The notes below the pieces were generated by a model. The model did not search any database and was not told the DNA's origin. It worked only from the letters and a program-made list of their open reading frames with translations. A DNA stretch of 62,064 nucleotides from IMG/VR virus record IMGVR_UViG_3300015360_000003, positions 1 to 62,064 of that record; one strand, given 5' to 3'. Each line of letters opens with the position of its first letter. The first letter of the stretch is position 1. The translations under genes and the position numbers were made by a program. Source of the DNA: a virus. Lineage: Duplodnaviria > Caudoviricetes. Positions 16,368 to 26,752 of the stretch are shown in pieces.

Positions 16368-18260
16368 ATGTCATCGTGTCAAAACACTACCGATACTTTC
16401 AACCAGGCGTTCCTCGCCGGTACACCGGACATCGCCGCCGAGATTCTTGATTACTCCTTCAACATGCCGATGTGGATGGCGGACTTGTGGGAAATCAAGC
16501 CTTGGACCGCTGCCGATAACGCTATGCAGCAGATTATCTTCCGAGGATCGCTGCCGGAAATCGAGCAGGGGTTTGATCGGTGGAAGAAGCTTGCCTCTTC
16601 GGCAGGCTGCGAGCCTTGCACAAATGACTGCTCTTATAACTTCACGACATTTGCCGGGCACGGATTCAGCCGTCAGATGGTCGCGCTCATGCGCCGTGAG
16701 TTCAAGACGGACCCTTACTGTGTAAACGAAATCAAGACGGCCCTGGAGTTCAGTTTCACGTTCGGAAAGATTATCGAGAACATCCAGAAGCAGGTTGCGT
16801 TCTTCAAAGACTTCAACATCGGCCAGAATTTCTTGACGGGTATCGCCAAGAAGCTCGTCGTTGATGGGGGCGGTCTTAAAGGTAACCCAGTTAACCCATA
16901 CGAGTATCGTTCAAAAGGTACCGCAACGCTGTCGAAGTTTAACTTCCGCATGTTGACCAAGATTTATGAGGGTATGCGCCGCCGCTCTGACGTAGTTCCG
17001 TTCATGATTCAGGACAGTAAGCCGCTCTATGCAGTGTCGGCCTCTGATGAATTGATGGACGCGCTCTATATCGAAGATGCCAATGCGCGTGCCGATCTTC
17101 GGTTTAGCTCAGGTTCGGATGCGCTACTTACGAAGTACAACTTCATGAGTTCCGTCCGTGGACAGTTCATGAACGTCCCGATCTTGTATCCGCGACGGTT
17201 TAACTGGGTATCAAGCGAATGGGTACAGGTTTACCCGTTCGTTAACGGTATCCCAGCAGAAGTCGGCGAGTTCTCCGATTTAAATCCGGCGTGGGAAGAT
17301 GCTGATTACGAAGAGGTTCTTGTTTACGGTAAATCACCGTTTGAAGTTCTCTATCGTGACCAGCTGACAACGATTGGCGAAGGAACGGAGTTCGGTCCTG
17401 AGCCTTCGTTTATGAATACGTGGCTCTGGGTTAATATCCAGACTGATTGTGACGTATTCCGTCGTAGCGGTTACTATGCCACTTCGATTGAGATGGCACT
17501 TTCGCAGCAGTATTCAGGAGGCATCTACGGAATCATGGTTCCGCGACCGTCCGACGCTCTGATTGCTTCGTACTATCCTGCGGCAGTATGTCCGCCGGAT
17601 GACGTTGATTGTGAAAACGAGGTACCGGCGATTACTGCGTGTCCGTGTCCGTTCGTCTTGACTGCTGTTGCCGATGCGTTTAACCCAGGTCGTTACACGA
17701 TGACCTTCGGGGTACCGATTGACGTAGCCCCAACGGACCCTATCTCGATTGCGATTGGCACTGGTGGGTATCTTACCGGCACTGTGTCTGCAATTACGAC
17801 AGACGGGACGACGCTATCGATTCAGTTTGCTGCAAATACTGTAATCAGTAATTGCACAGGCTTTACGGCAGTGTTCTGCGACGACACTCTTGGATGTACA
17901 TCGACGGTGCTTACTACCTGCGATTGTCGTGCTGGTGAAGTCGGAAGCTTCAAGGTCATCTTGGAGAATCCGATTAAAGCAGTCACGGCTGCGGATATCA
18001 TCACGGGATACATGGGTGATGGTACTACGCAGAACTTCGCGGTTGTGTCGGTCGATATGGTCAGCAACACCTGGGTGCTGGAATACGCGGCTGGATACGG
18101 TCCGACAGATGACGAAACGGGGGCAGGTAGTACTGGCCTTGAGACGGACATCGTGTGTGACCGTAACGGTATCGTACGGGTCTGTGTGCCAACGGCTACG
18201 GACGCTACATGCGGGGCATGTGGAAATGGTCCGGTAATCACGGCCTGCGTAGAGAGCTAA
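16368..18260 (+). CDS. Probable major capsid protein with C-terminal Cys-rich beta-domain extension
   Basis: Follows the scaffold gene, own SD and terminator, 630 aa. Confidence 0.72.
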   Translation: MSSCQNTTDTFNQAFLAGTPDIAAEILDYSFNMPMWMADLWEIKPWTAADNAMQQIIFRGSLPEIEQGFDRWKKLASSAGCEPCTNDCSYNFTTFAGHGFSRQMVALMRREFKTDPYCVNEIKTALEFSFTFGKIIENIQKQVAFFKDFNIGQNFLTGIAKKLVVDGGGLKGNPVNPYEYRSKGTATLSKFNFRMLTKIYEGMRRRSDVVPFMIQDSKPLYAVSASDELMDALYIEDANARADLRFSSGSDALLTKYNFMSSVRGQFMNVPILYPRRFNWVSSEWVQVYPFVNGIPAEVGEFSDLNPAWEDADYEEVLVYGKSPFEVLYRDQLTTIGEGTEFGPEPSFMNTWLWVNIQTDCDVFRRSGYYATSIEMALSQQYSGGIYGIMVPRPSDALIASYYPAAVCPPDDVDCENEVPAITACPCPFVLTAVADAFNPGRYTMTFGVPIDVAPTDPISIAIGTGGYLTGTVSAITTDGTTLSIQFAANTVISNCTGFTAVFCDDTLGCTSTVLTTCDCRAGEVGSFKVILENPIKAVTAADIITGYMGDGTTQNFAVVSVDMVSNTWVLEYAAGYGPTDDETGAGSTGLETDIVCDRNGIVRVCVPTATDATCGACGNGPVITACVES

Positions 18261-18266
18261 CGAATC

Positions 18267-18299
18267 TGAAGGGGGAGCTAAAGTCTCCCCCTTCATTTT
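18267..18299 (+). terminator. Rho-independent terminator
   Basis: TGAAGGGGGAG-ctaaagt-CTCCCCCTTCA-TTTT. Confidence 0.85.
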
Positions 18300-18319
18300 A
18301 CAATTTTTTAAGGAATAGC

Positions 18320-18742
18320 ATGTCTAAACATTATTACTTCTCAGACTACCGCGTTGTTGCAAAGCTCATTGGGGCGAACATGAACGTGACGACCGATCAG
18401 GCGCTGACGCTGCAGATTGCAGATACGGACGACGTGGTTGCGACAGGCGAAGGGGACTTCGTTTTGGAGCGCATCGTTGTACGAAACCCCAGTGTTTCTT
18501 TGACGACTGCAGCCGGAGGTGTCTACACAGCGGCAGCGAAAGGAGGATCGGCAGTCGTTGCAGCGGGGCAGGTATACACAGCTCTTACGGCAGCGACCAA
18601 GTATGTAGCTCTTACGCTCGCAAGTGTTGCGTTGACGGACGTGCTTAATACGTCCGCATTGTTTTTTTCGCTCACTACCGCACAAGGGGCTGCGGCAACT
18701 GCCGACATCTATGTCTATGCTCGACTGTTCCAGAAAAACTAA
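18320..18742 (+). CDS. Putative virion (decoration-type) protein
   Basis: Start MSKHYY after AAGGA; A/T/V-rich beta protein. Confidence 0.7.
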   Translation: MSKHYYFSDYRVVAKLIGANMNVTTDQALTLQIADTDDVVATGEGDFVLERIVVRNPSVSLTTAAGGVYTAAAKGGSAVVAAGQVYTALTAATKYVALTLASVALTDVLNTSALFFSLTTAQGAAATADIYVYARLFQKN

Positions 18743-18753
18743 AGGAATAACCA

Positions 18754-19905
18754 GTGGCATTTAATCCCTGCACACCTTGCGCTTGTGTACCTGGTAGTAT
18801 GGACGCTCAGTCATACTACCAGGCGTCACTCATTACGCTCTGTAGTATTTTAACAGAACTGAGTGTACCAGGCGGGGAAGACGTAAACATCGCTTCTTTC
18901 GGCGGCACATTGGTAACGCTTGGTCAGAAGTTGATGGCGGCGTCGATGCCGGTCGTTCTCGCTTCGGATCAAAGTAACCTACCGACTAATTTAGTACAGG
19001 TCGGGGGAGCCGCGATTGCGCTCGGCCAGGCAGCCTCAGCAGCTTCTCTGCCGGTAACGCTTGCAACGGCTTCAGCTACGGGACTGCTAAAGCTTGAGGA
19101 CGCAGCACACGCAACAGGCGATGCTGGGGTAGCGGCCTTATGCGTTGCAACAGCACCGGCAACCATCACAAGTTTCGCAGCAGACGGGGATTACATCAAT
19201 CCGCGTACGTGGGTGCAGGGTGCGATGCTGGTAGACATCAACACGACCGCACTGCCGTCCACTGCCGTTGCTACGTCTATTCTGAAGCAAGCAGATTCAG
19301 GTTCCAGCGTGTTTGCTGCAGGTATTGCTGGACCAGCTCTACTCGGCGTTAGAAATCAGAATCGAGCAGTACGAACTGCGACAGAGGATAGGTACCTACC
19401 TCTGGCCCTAGATGGCTACGGCGCAGTGTATATCGACCCTAACTGTATATTTCAATCTGGGCCGATCACTAACTACGTGGCAAGGCAGCCGGGAGATGCG
19501 GTAGCAAGCAACGCAGGATATTTTCAGCTAGCAGGAGCTGCTCGTGTAGACGTGCCAACAGCGGACATAACAACAGGATCTGGTCAGCCGTTAAAGAGCG
19601 ACGTATATGGAAATCTCTGGACTAAGATCGGCGGGTCACCGTTTACACGAATCGTTACTGCGACAACTACGACTGTTAAAAGTGGCGCAGGTACGTTACA
19701 CCGCATTGTGTGTAACACAGCAGTAGCGAACGCAGTGTTCACTATCTACGACAACACCGCAGGGTCGGGTACCGTCATCGGTATCATTACGGAGCCTGCT
19801 ACACTGTTGTCGAACAAGTGGACGCAAGACTACGGACTGCGTTTTGGAACAGGGCTTACAATTGTAAGCTCTTCGACTGAAGACATCACAGTTATTTACT
19901 CGTAA
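18754..19905 (+). CDS. Putative virion fibre/spike protein
   Basis: SMPVVLASDQ and EDAAHATGDAGV motifs; A/T/G-rich. Confidence 0.65.
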   Translation: MAFNPCTPCACVPGSMDAQSYYQASLITLCSILTELSVPGGEDVNIASFGGTLVTLGQKLMAASMPVVLASDQSNLPTNLVQVGGAAIALGQAASAASLPVTLATASATGLLKLEDAAHATGDAGVAALCVATAPATITSFAADGDYINPRTWVQGAMLVDINTTALPSTAVATSILKQADSGSSVFAAGIAGPALLGVRNQNRAVRTATEDRYLPLALDGYGAVYIDPNCIFQSGPITNYVARQPGDAVASNAGYFQLAGAARVDVPTADITTGSGQPLKSDVYGNLWTKIGGSPFTRIVTATTTTVKSGAGTLHRIVCNTAVANAVFTIYDNTAGSGTVIGIITEPATLLSNKWTQDYGLRFGTGLTIVSSSTEDITVIYS

Positions 19906-19914
19906 AGGATTAGC

Positions 19915-20538
19915 ATGGGAACTCGCGTAGGCATTTGGACGGATAATCCAGAGGGGCTTGATACCGACCTTAGGATGATTGGCGAGCCGGTATTTGGATC
20001 GGCACTTAATCCTGCTGGGACTATCTACACTCGTAATCTTGTGGTTGTTGACGGGACGACGCCGGAGGGCACTGTTACGGCAGAGGCTTTTCTACTTGAG
20101 GATGGCTCAGATAAAAACCATTCGCTAAGTGTGTATGCCGCAGGCACTGCTTATGCGTTGACTGCTACGTCAGCATTATTGGATTTTGGAACGACTGACC
20201 CAACGCTGGTTTTGAATAAAGCGGGGACGTACCTGCTGTTTGGACGAGTGCGGGTAGACTACGCAGCGGCAACATTTGCAGCGTCGAGAGCTGTTACGCT
20301 AAAACTTCGACGTACGAACAACACTGCGGCGGACATCTCAAACAGTGCGGCTGTGTTGGATACAGATATTATTACGACGAAGACCTACACATTCGGTGTA
20401 TTTAGCCTACCGCCGGTTTTGTACACGACCGCTCTTCTTACAGATAGCATCAGTATTTTTGGAGACGTTGCAGTAGTGCCATCGGCAGGCGCGTTAAACG
20501 CTGGGGCAGCTAGCATTGTGGCAATTAGACTGTATTAA
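19915..20538 (+). CDS. Putative virion structural protein
   Basis: Beta-rich; AAGGA SD; structural operon. Confidence 0.65.
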   Translation: MGTRVGIWTDNPEGLDTDLRMIGEPVFGSALNPAGTIYTRNLVVVDGTTPEGTVTAEAFLLEDGSDKNHSLSVYAAGTAYALTATSALLDFGTTDPTLVLNKAGTYLLFGRVRVDYAAATFAASRAVTLKLRRTNNTAADISNSAAVLDTDIITTKTYTFGVFSLPPVLYTTALLTDSISIFGDVAVVPSAGALNAGAASIVAIRLY

Positions 20539-20540
20539 AT

Positions 20541-21572
20541 GTGGCGACTAAAACAGTAAACTGGTGTACGGATAACTGCTGTCTTTGTGACGGGGCCGTT
20601 CCGTCTTCAGTAGATCTTGTAATTCCTGCTACTCTTTTAGAAATCATTCCTTCTACTGTATATGGACTTCTTGGTGCGACGTTAACAGGATCTCGACCAA
20701 GTACCTCGGCGGATTCTTGCGGAACTTGTAATTATGTTTATACGTTTTCGTATAACGACGAGAACCTGGTATCGGGGACAACTCTATTAGCCGCACACAT
20801 TTCCAATGTAATCTGCACGATGGGATCACTTGGACAAGACATTCCGGCTATAGATACGTCATGCGATGTTGTTAGGACTTGTTTAGGGGTAGAGGATACT
20901 ACCTCGATAGATCTTAATTACTTAAACGGGGTATTTTCTGCCGACCTCGTTGTGTCAACAGACGAAAACAATGCTCTTACTGTGCAACCAGATGGAGTCG
21001 CGGTTTTAGTTTCAACAGACGTAAACAATGCTCTTACTGTGCAACCAGATGGAGTCGCGGTTTTAGTTTCAACAGACGTAAACAATGCTCTTACTGTATT
21101 ATCAGATGGGGCTGCAGTTTTAGTTTCGAGTCAACCGGGAAACCGGATTCAGTTGTTATCAGATGGGCTTTTTGTTGGAGAGGATTGCGATATGGGATGC
21201 TGTGAAATTACGCCTTGGGTTGATTTTTCTTCGACGGCAGTTGTAACCGTGCCGGGAACGGGAACTCCTACTATATATGAAGCCAGATATAAAAGGGCAA
21301 ACGGCGTTGTCTTTTTAAAGTTTGTAATGACTGTTACCTTAGCAGGGACTACAGGAACTACTGTTAACCTAATACCCCCGATAGCGGGAGTACCTGATCA
21401 TGTTCAAGCGGGATACAATGTACGTGGACTAGTTAACAACGTGGAAGAGGATCTACAGTGGCGCTACGACCTAACAAGGGGGCAGCTTATTTTCTTCAGA
21501 GCGGGCGTAGCAACGATTACTAATGGCATATTCTGGGTTGTGATGAGCGACTTCTACGAAGAAGCAGTTTAA
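20541..21572 (+). CDS. Putative tail fibre-like protein
   Basis: Cys-rich N-terminus, 19-aa VSTDVNNALTVQPDGVAVL repeats, beta-sandwich-like C-terminus. Confidence 0.65.
   Translation: MATKTVNWCTDNCCLCDGAVPSSVDLVIPATLLEIIPSTVYGLLGATLTGSRPSTSADSCGTCNYVYTFSYNDENLVSGTTLLAAHISNVICTMGSLGQDIPAIDTSCDVVRTCLGVEDTTSIDLNYLNGVFSADLVVSTDENNALTVQPDGVAVLVSTDVNNALTVQPDGVAVLVSTDVNNALTVLSDGAAVLVSSQPGNRIQLLSDGLFVGEDCDMGCCEITPWVDFSSTAVVTVPGTGTPTIYEARYKRANGVVFLKFVMTVTLAGTTGTTVNLIPPIAGVPDHVQAGYNVRGLVNNVEEDLQWRYDLTRGQLIFFRAGVATITNGIFWVVMSDFYEEAV
20955..21126 (+). repeat. 57-bp intragenic tandem repeat x3
   Basis: TCAACAGAC at 20955, 21012, 21069. Confidence 0.9.
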
Positions 21573-21584
21573 AAGGATCTAATT

Positions 21585-22292
21585 ATGGGATGTGGATGCA
21601 CTAAAAAAACAACGTGTACATGTTCTTCATGTAGTCCATGCACGGTTGAATCGGCTTGCCCAGAGGCATCTGCGGCGCTTGTTATCCAGAACGCCTGGAA
21701 TATACCGTCGTGCGGTAATGCCGCATTGCTGTATATTCCGGGGCTTACTAATGTCGTCATCGGGACGTACATTAGTAATCCGACCTATGGAACATTTAAG
21801 ATCACAGCTTTTAATTCTGTAAATAGTCAGATCACTGTGCAGAATGATTGCTTCGCGGAAAACATGGCTCCAGGCACAGTTGTTCCGGCGTATACGTCTT
21901 TTGTTTTTTCAATGCCCCCGACGTTGACGACATATACAGATTGGACCCCTATACTGACTTCTCAAAACGCCACTGTTTTGTCTGATGTGATTTTTGATAC
22001 ATCGGAATATTTTACCATAGGTACAACTGTATTTTTTGACGTGATGTGTAGATATACATCTGCGTCGGTTGCCTCCTCAGCTATGTACATTAGTCTGCCT
22101 TTCACGGGAAAAGTTTTAGCAGGAACTGGTTTTATATGCGCTGTGCAGCCTAATGGGATTCCGTTAGGTACAGGGCGATGGAGAGTAAATAACACAGACC
22201 CTTCTCTTGCTGTTATCTTTACCCCAAATGCGAATATCCCACTTGGACCTAATTCTGAGATATCTATTCAAGGTCGATACGAGGTAGCCTAA
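21585..22292 (+). CDS. Putative tail fibre/receptor-binding protein
   Basis: MGCGC.. N-terminus; WNIPSCG domain shared with the next gene; YTDWTP module. Confidence 0.65.
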   Translation: MGCGCTKKTTCTCSSCSPCTVESACPEASAALVIQNAWNIPSCGNAALLYIPGLTNVVIGTYISNPTYGTFKITAFNSVNSQITVQNDCFAENMAPGTVVPAYTSFVFSMPPTLTTYTDWTPILTSQNATVLSDVIFDTSEYFTIGTTVFFDVMCRYTSASVASSAMYISLPFTGKVLAGTGFICAVQPNGIPLGTGRWRVNNTDPSLAVIFTPNANIPLGPNSEISIQGRYEVA

Positions 22293-22293
22293 T

Positions 22294-24000
22294 ATGGCGT
22301 GTTGCAACAAATGTGGATCTACCTCTTCGTGTGGATGCGCTACTGCGTACTATAATGATGCAGAAGTATGTGCCGAAGATAACTGTGCGAACATTTATCA
22401 GCCCCAGTTTTCTTTTGGTGTCTGTTCAAATAACGGCTGGAACATTCCGTCATGCGGACAGTCTGCTGTTTTAAACGTCGACGGGGTAATCGGGGCGTCT
22501 GTTGGGTCTTATCTGTGGGCTGAAACATACGGCTACTACAAAATTCAAAGTGTAGACGCAGAGCGCGGTCAGATTATTGTCATCAACACCTGTGAAGACG
22601 AAAACGCGAATCCGGGTACACAGGTTCCTCCATGTACGTGTTTTGTAGTTACTGTTCCGCCGCTTAGTACTACCACGGATACGACACAAGCGTGTGTTAA
22701 GATCGATTTTACCGCGCCTGCGGATGGTACGTGTATTGATATTATTCTATCAACTACACAGGGTATAACCGCATCCGACACTGTTCAGATTGGTACTGGA
22801 TTTTATTTCGTCGAAGCAATTAAGCCGAATGACATTATTACAATCTGTAACCACGGCGAAGGAATTTCCCCAGGGACTGCTGTTATCGCAAGAGGGGTCG
22901 ATGGACAATTTCAATACTGTCTCTCTACAATCTCTACGAATCCATGCAATAGGGACAACGTATCAGAAGGTACCTTACTAGTCTGCGACGAGGATGGAGT
23001 AACACGGCCTCTCGGTACGCCTTGTGAAGCGGGCTACGTTCCAGTCGCAACAGGTGATTGTACTGTGGAGATGCAGCCAGTAATCACTCCTGTGCTATGT
23101 ACTCATTTGAGCGAGCAGCTTCAGATTGTAAATGGGGATGCCACCTATAGTTTAGTTGTTGAGAGCACTACTGGGTACACCACAAGCGATATTCTTACTA
23201 TCAGTGGATTGCCTTCTGGTACTCGTGCAGATGTCACAGCTGTCCCAGATGCGACCCACATTGCCGTAACATTATCGCCTACCCCCGCTGCTGGTGTATT
23301 GCTGCCGGTGGGAACACTGGTTTGCACAATCGCGTGCTGTGAGGATATTCAGAACCAACTTGTAGTTATCGACACACAGATCGCAGATCTCGCAGATATC
23401 GACGTAGATCTACAGGGACAGATTGACGATTTAGTGACTAGTATTGATTGTGTTGCTCAAGGGACATCTCTAGCAATACCTGCTCAGATATACACTCAGA
23501 CTATCACAGTAGCGGCAAATACGTATGAAGTTACCCTGGATAGCGATGTCATACAATTTACAGCGCCATCAGATTGCCCAGGATCTACCTACGTTGTGCA
23601 GGCAATTGTAAATCTCACGGGGCTTGTTAATTTTACACCGCTTGTAGCAGGAGAAGCCGCCGTTCTTGGTAGTGAACTACAGATTGACTGGAGCAATAAT
23701 GTAGGCGTCGGAGGACGTGTAAATTGGACGCAGACAAGCGGGGATGGGGTGGATATTACAGGTGCATACCCCACAACCACACTTAATGCTATATGGGGAA
23801 TCTTACAGCTTCTTACTTATACATATCCAATAAATTATACGGGATCGTATGCTATAGCGTCTACTCTCGTAGCGTCTGGAGCAACAGTAACACTGAGACT
23901 TAATTATAAGTGTATCACGGGGGACAACGTTGAACCTACCAATGTGTATAGCGTAGGGGTGTACATGATAGGGAATCTCTTTATCACAAAGGTAATCTGA
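22294..24000 (+). CDS. Putative tail fibre/spike protein
   Basis: Cys-rich repeated beta domains, short coiled coil, C-terminal head. Confidence 0.65.
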   Translation: MACCNKCGSTSSCGCATAYYNDAEVCAEDNCANIYQPQFSFGVCSNNGWNIPSCGQSAVLNVDGVIGASVGSYLWAETYGYYKIQSVDAERGQIIVINTCEDENANPGTQVPPCTCFVVTVPPLSTTTDTTQACVKIDFTAPADGTCIDIILSTTQGITASDTVQIGTGFYFVEAIKPNDIITICNHGEGISPGTAVIARGVDGQFQYCLSTISTNPCNRDNVSEGTLLVCDEDGVTRPLGTPCEAGYVPVATGDCTVEMQPVITPVLCTHLSEQLQIVNGDATYSLVVESTTGYTTSDILTISGLPSGTRADVTAVPDATHIAVTLSPTPAAGVLLPVGTLVCTIACCEDIQNQLVVIDTQIADLADIDVDLQGQIDDLVTSIDCVAQGTSLAIPAQIYTQTITVAANTYEVTLDSDVIQFTAPSDCPGSTYVVQAIVNLTGLVNFTPLVAGEAAVLGSELQIDWSNNVGVGGRVNWTQTSGDGVDITGAYPTTTLNAIWGILQLLTYTYPINYTGSYAIASTLVASGATVTLRLNYKCITGDNVEPTNVYSVGVYMIGNLFITKVI

Positions 24001-24383
24001 TGCACTACACTATCCGTTATTTTAAATATATAGACCCTATTACCGGCACACTCACTAAAGGATACGGCTACACCACAGAAGGCAGTGTTACTAATCTAAA
24101 TGCGCGTGTGGAAGGGGATACGGTAGTGTTTAAAAAGCACGAGGTGCAGGAGGTCACATCTCACAGTATTCCTAAATACGAAGGCGTGACGGAGATTACT
24201 AAAGCAGACTTTGACGCACTTAGTACGGCGGGGGAAAGTTTAACTAACCAGTTGAACAGAGAACGCGCAATGATCCAGTTTGGCCGTATAGCTAAACGTA
24301 AACCAAAAGAAGTCCTCACTAAAGACGACCTAGAACAAAAGGTTACAGCCGCACTTATTAACCCAAGAAACCATGCGATCTGA
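24000..24383 (+). CDS. Hypothetical protein
   Basis: Coupled by TGATG overlaps on both sides. Confidence 0.75.
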   Translation: MHYTIRYFKYIDPITGTLTKGYGYTTEGSVTNLNARVEGDTVVFKKHEVQEVTSHSIPKYEGVTEITKADFDALSTAGESLTNQLNRERAMIQFGRIAKRKPKEVLTKDDLEQKVTAALINPRNHAI

Positions 24384-26233
24384 TGGCGGCAGACCAGATT
24401 GTTCCAGATGGTACTTTAGATTTCTCCGGCGGCCAGAACGCCGCGCTACATCCTGCTGGCATTTCTAGCAACCAGTATTTTATCGGTGTAAACGTATCCG
24501 CACAGACGGGTAATCTGTGCCCACGTTGGGCGCTTACAGATGTCGAATTAATTTTTACTGATACCGACAGGCATCGACGAGCCACAGGATTTGAAGTCTC
24601 TTACGAGAGTATTTTTAAATCAGGAAAGTTCCAAGCTATTATCCCCTACGGCATTGGTCCTGATAGGTATAAGATCTACATAGTTTCTGGATTTATATAC
24701 CTTATAAATCTAAGCACGAGCGAGGTGTCTGTTATCAATAAGACAGATCAAGTAAACGTGTATGCAGATCGAGTTAACTGGTCAAATGCAGGCGATTACT
24801 TAGTCATATTCGACTACCCAAATCGTCCCTTCATCTTAGAAGGTATAATGATTCGGCGATCTGACCCTACAAAAGACGAGGTACCTGTATCCGTACTAGG
24901 GACGTACAACCAGAATCGTCTATGTATAGCAAACGCCGGGATCGATTGGACGGCAGGAGATCCGTCGGGTTCACGAAACGCCCCAGATGCTCCTGTTACA
25001 TTCATCGAAATCCTACAACCCTCGACGGGATTTACAGCGGACGTGTATCAAATCCCAACGTCTAATATAAATAACGACTACATTACAGCGATGGGCTTTT
25101 TGCAGGTACTAGATACCTCTACAGGTATTGGTCCTCTACTAGTCGCCACAAACAACGCAATCTACTCATACAGAACAGACCAGCCGCGTTTACAGTGGCA
25201 GGGAGGATCAAATAGCGCAGTGTTCGGTTCCGTACTTTTAAAAAGCGCAGGAATTGTAGGACAACGCGCTCATGTAAACGTAGGGAGCGACCTCATTTTC
25301 TTAGGCTCAGACGGTCAGGTGTACGACCTTACAATGTCTAGAAATGCTCAATTTAAATGGAGCAACTCTCCTATATCTAGAGAGGTCGCGAATTTTTTAG
25401 ATTACATAGACCCATCATTAGCCGCTGTTGCCGCAGTCGCGTATTTTAAAAATAAGGTATTTATAACGTGTAAGCCGTACAGAGTGGATTGCTACAGCTC
25501 TGAGGGGGTTCTACAGACTGATTACGTCAGTCGAGGTGTTGTCGTTATCGAAGCGGATAATATGGCGAGCATGTCTAATGAATCCCCTCCCGCATGGGCG
25601 GGAGTATGGACAGGCGTGGACTTTATGGATTTTGCTCAAAGCGGCGACGTATTCTACACAGCAGCAAAGATTAACGGCGAGAATAAGTTATTTCAAATAG
25701 ATCCAGAGAAGACATACGACACTGTTAATGGAAAGACTCGGTATGTACGGTCAGTAGTGTACACGAAGGAGTATGTAAACGGGGATGCGACTATTAATAA
25801 AGAGGTACATTCTCTAGACCTGGGCTTACGCCTCATTGAAGAAAAATTAAAAGTTGCGGTAGAGTATAAAACGTCTACCTCCGAAATATTTAACTTTTGG
25901 AAAGAGCTAAACTACGACGCTCCGGTAGAGCAATGCGACGCCCTGCCTCCTTTTCCTAATGGGCTAGTGGCGCAGGGAATACGAGATTTAAACCTTGGAA
26001 GTGTAGACGAGACTCAGTGCGATCTTGCGAGCCGCGAAGTTTCTCATATATACAAAGGTATTCAATTACGTATCGTCCTCACAGGAAAGTATTGGGAGCT
26101 TGACTATGTAAAACTTAGAGGGAGAATTCTACCTGACTCCTTAATTGAACCATACTGTGATGCTAACAAGGGTGTACCGATTCCGGCCCAGTGTTTTGAT
26201 CTATGGTTTATACCAGAAGAGACTAACTGCTAA
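24383..26233 (+). CDS. Probable tail tubular/stabilisation protein (P22 gp10 / T7 gp12-like)
   Basis: DFSGGQN start, YNQNRL, SSPIS-like NSPISREV; 616-aa beta-propeller-like. Confidence 0.6.
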   Translation: MAADQIVPDGTLDFSGGQNAALHPAGISSNQYFIGVNVSAQTGNLCPRWALTDVELIFTDTDRHRRATGFEVSYESIFKSGKFQAIIPYGIGPDRYKIYIVSGFIYLINLSTSEVSVINKTDQVNVYADRVNWSNAGDYLVIFDYPNRPFILEGIMIRRSDPTKDEVPVSVLGTYNQNRLCIANAGIDWTAGDPSGSRNAPDAPVTFIEILQPSTGFTADVYQIPTSNINNDYITAMGFLQVLDTSTGIGPLLVATNNAIYSYRTDQPRLQWQGGSNSAVFGSVLLKSAGIVGQRAHVNVGSDLIFLGSDGQVYDLTMSRNAQFKWSNSPISREVANFLDYIDPSLAAVAAVAYFKNKVFITCKPYRVDCYSSEGVLQTDYVSRGVVVIEADNMASMSNESPPAWAGVWTGVDFMDFAQSGDVFYTAAKINGENKLFQIDPEKTYDTVNGKTRYVRSVVYTKEYVNGDATINKEVHSLDLGLRLIEEKLKVAVEYKTSTSEIFNFWKELNYDAPVEQCDALPPFPNGLVAQGIRDLNLGSVDETQCDLASREVSHIYKGIQLRIVLTGKYWELDYVKLRGRILPDSLIEPYCDANKGVPIPAQCFDLWFIPEETNC

Positions 26234-26239
26234 TTTATT

Positions 26240-26692
26240 ATGACAACACAAAGTTCAATTAAAGGCGTAATCAAAGTAAATGGTGTACCAGAGTCCGTGT
26301 GCTTTGATAATTTTACCGAGTTGCTAAAGTCTCTCGGCACGTATCTTACTGTCGAAATCAGTAATCAGACGTTCTCTAATATCGTCATATCAAACGTCCA
26401 GCCGGGACAAGCCGACAGGGATAAAATCTGGTGGAGGCTCTCTAACGGCGGAACTTTTATAGGTATCTTTTACTACGGCAACAGCATTTGGTATCAGGTT
26501 TTTCCTGCTCCCTTTGCTATATTTTGGCTGTATGGGGACAGTGCAAATCCCCCTCTAGGGTACAGGTTTTTAGACAACCTCAATCCCGTTATCTTTAGCG
26601 CCCCTGATTACGCGCAGCTCATTGCGCTAGCCATCCCTAACGGGGGACCAGCCCCGTACAGCTACTACCCTGCCATATTCACTGGCATCTAA
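26240..26692 (+). CDS. Putative structural protein
   Basis: 150-aa ORF in the structural operon. Confidence 0.7.
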   Translation: MTTQSSIKGVIKVNGVPESVCFDNFTELLKSLGTYLTVEISNQTFSNIVISNVQPGQADRDKIWWRLSNGGTFIGIFYYGNSIWYQVFPAPFAIFWLYGDSANPPLGYRFLDNLNPVIFSAPDYAQLIALAIPNGGPAPYSYYPAIFTGI

Positions 26693-26752
26693 ACATGCTT
26701 TTCAACAGCTCTTAGACCGTGTATATTTGAGTTAACCTTGACAGGAGATAAT

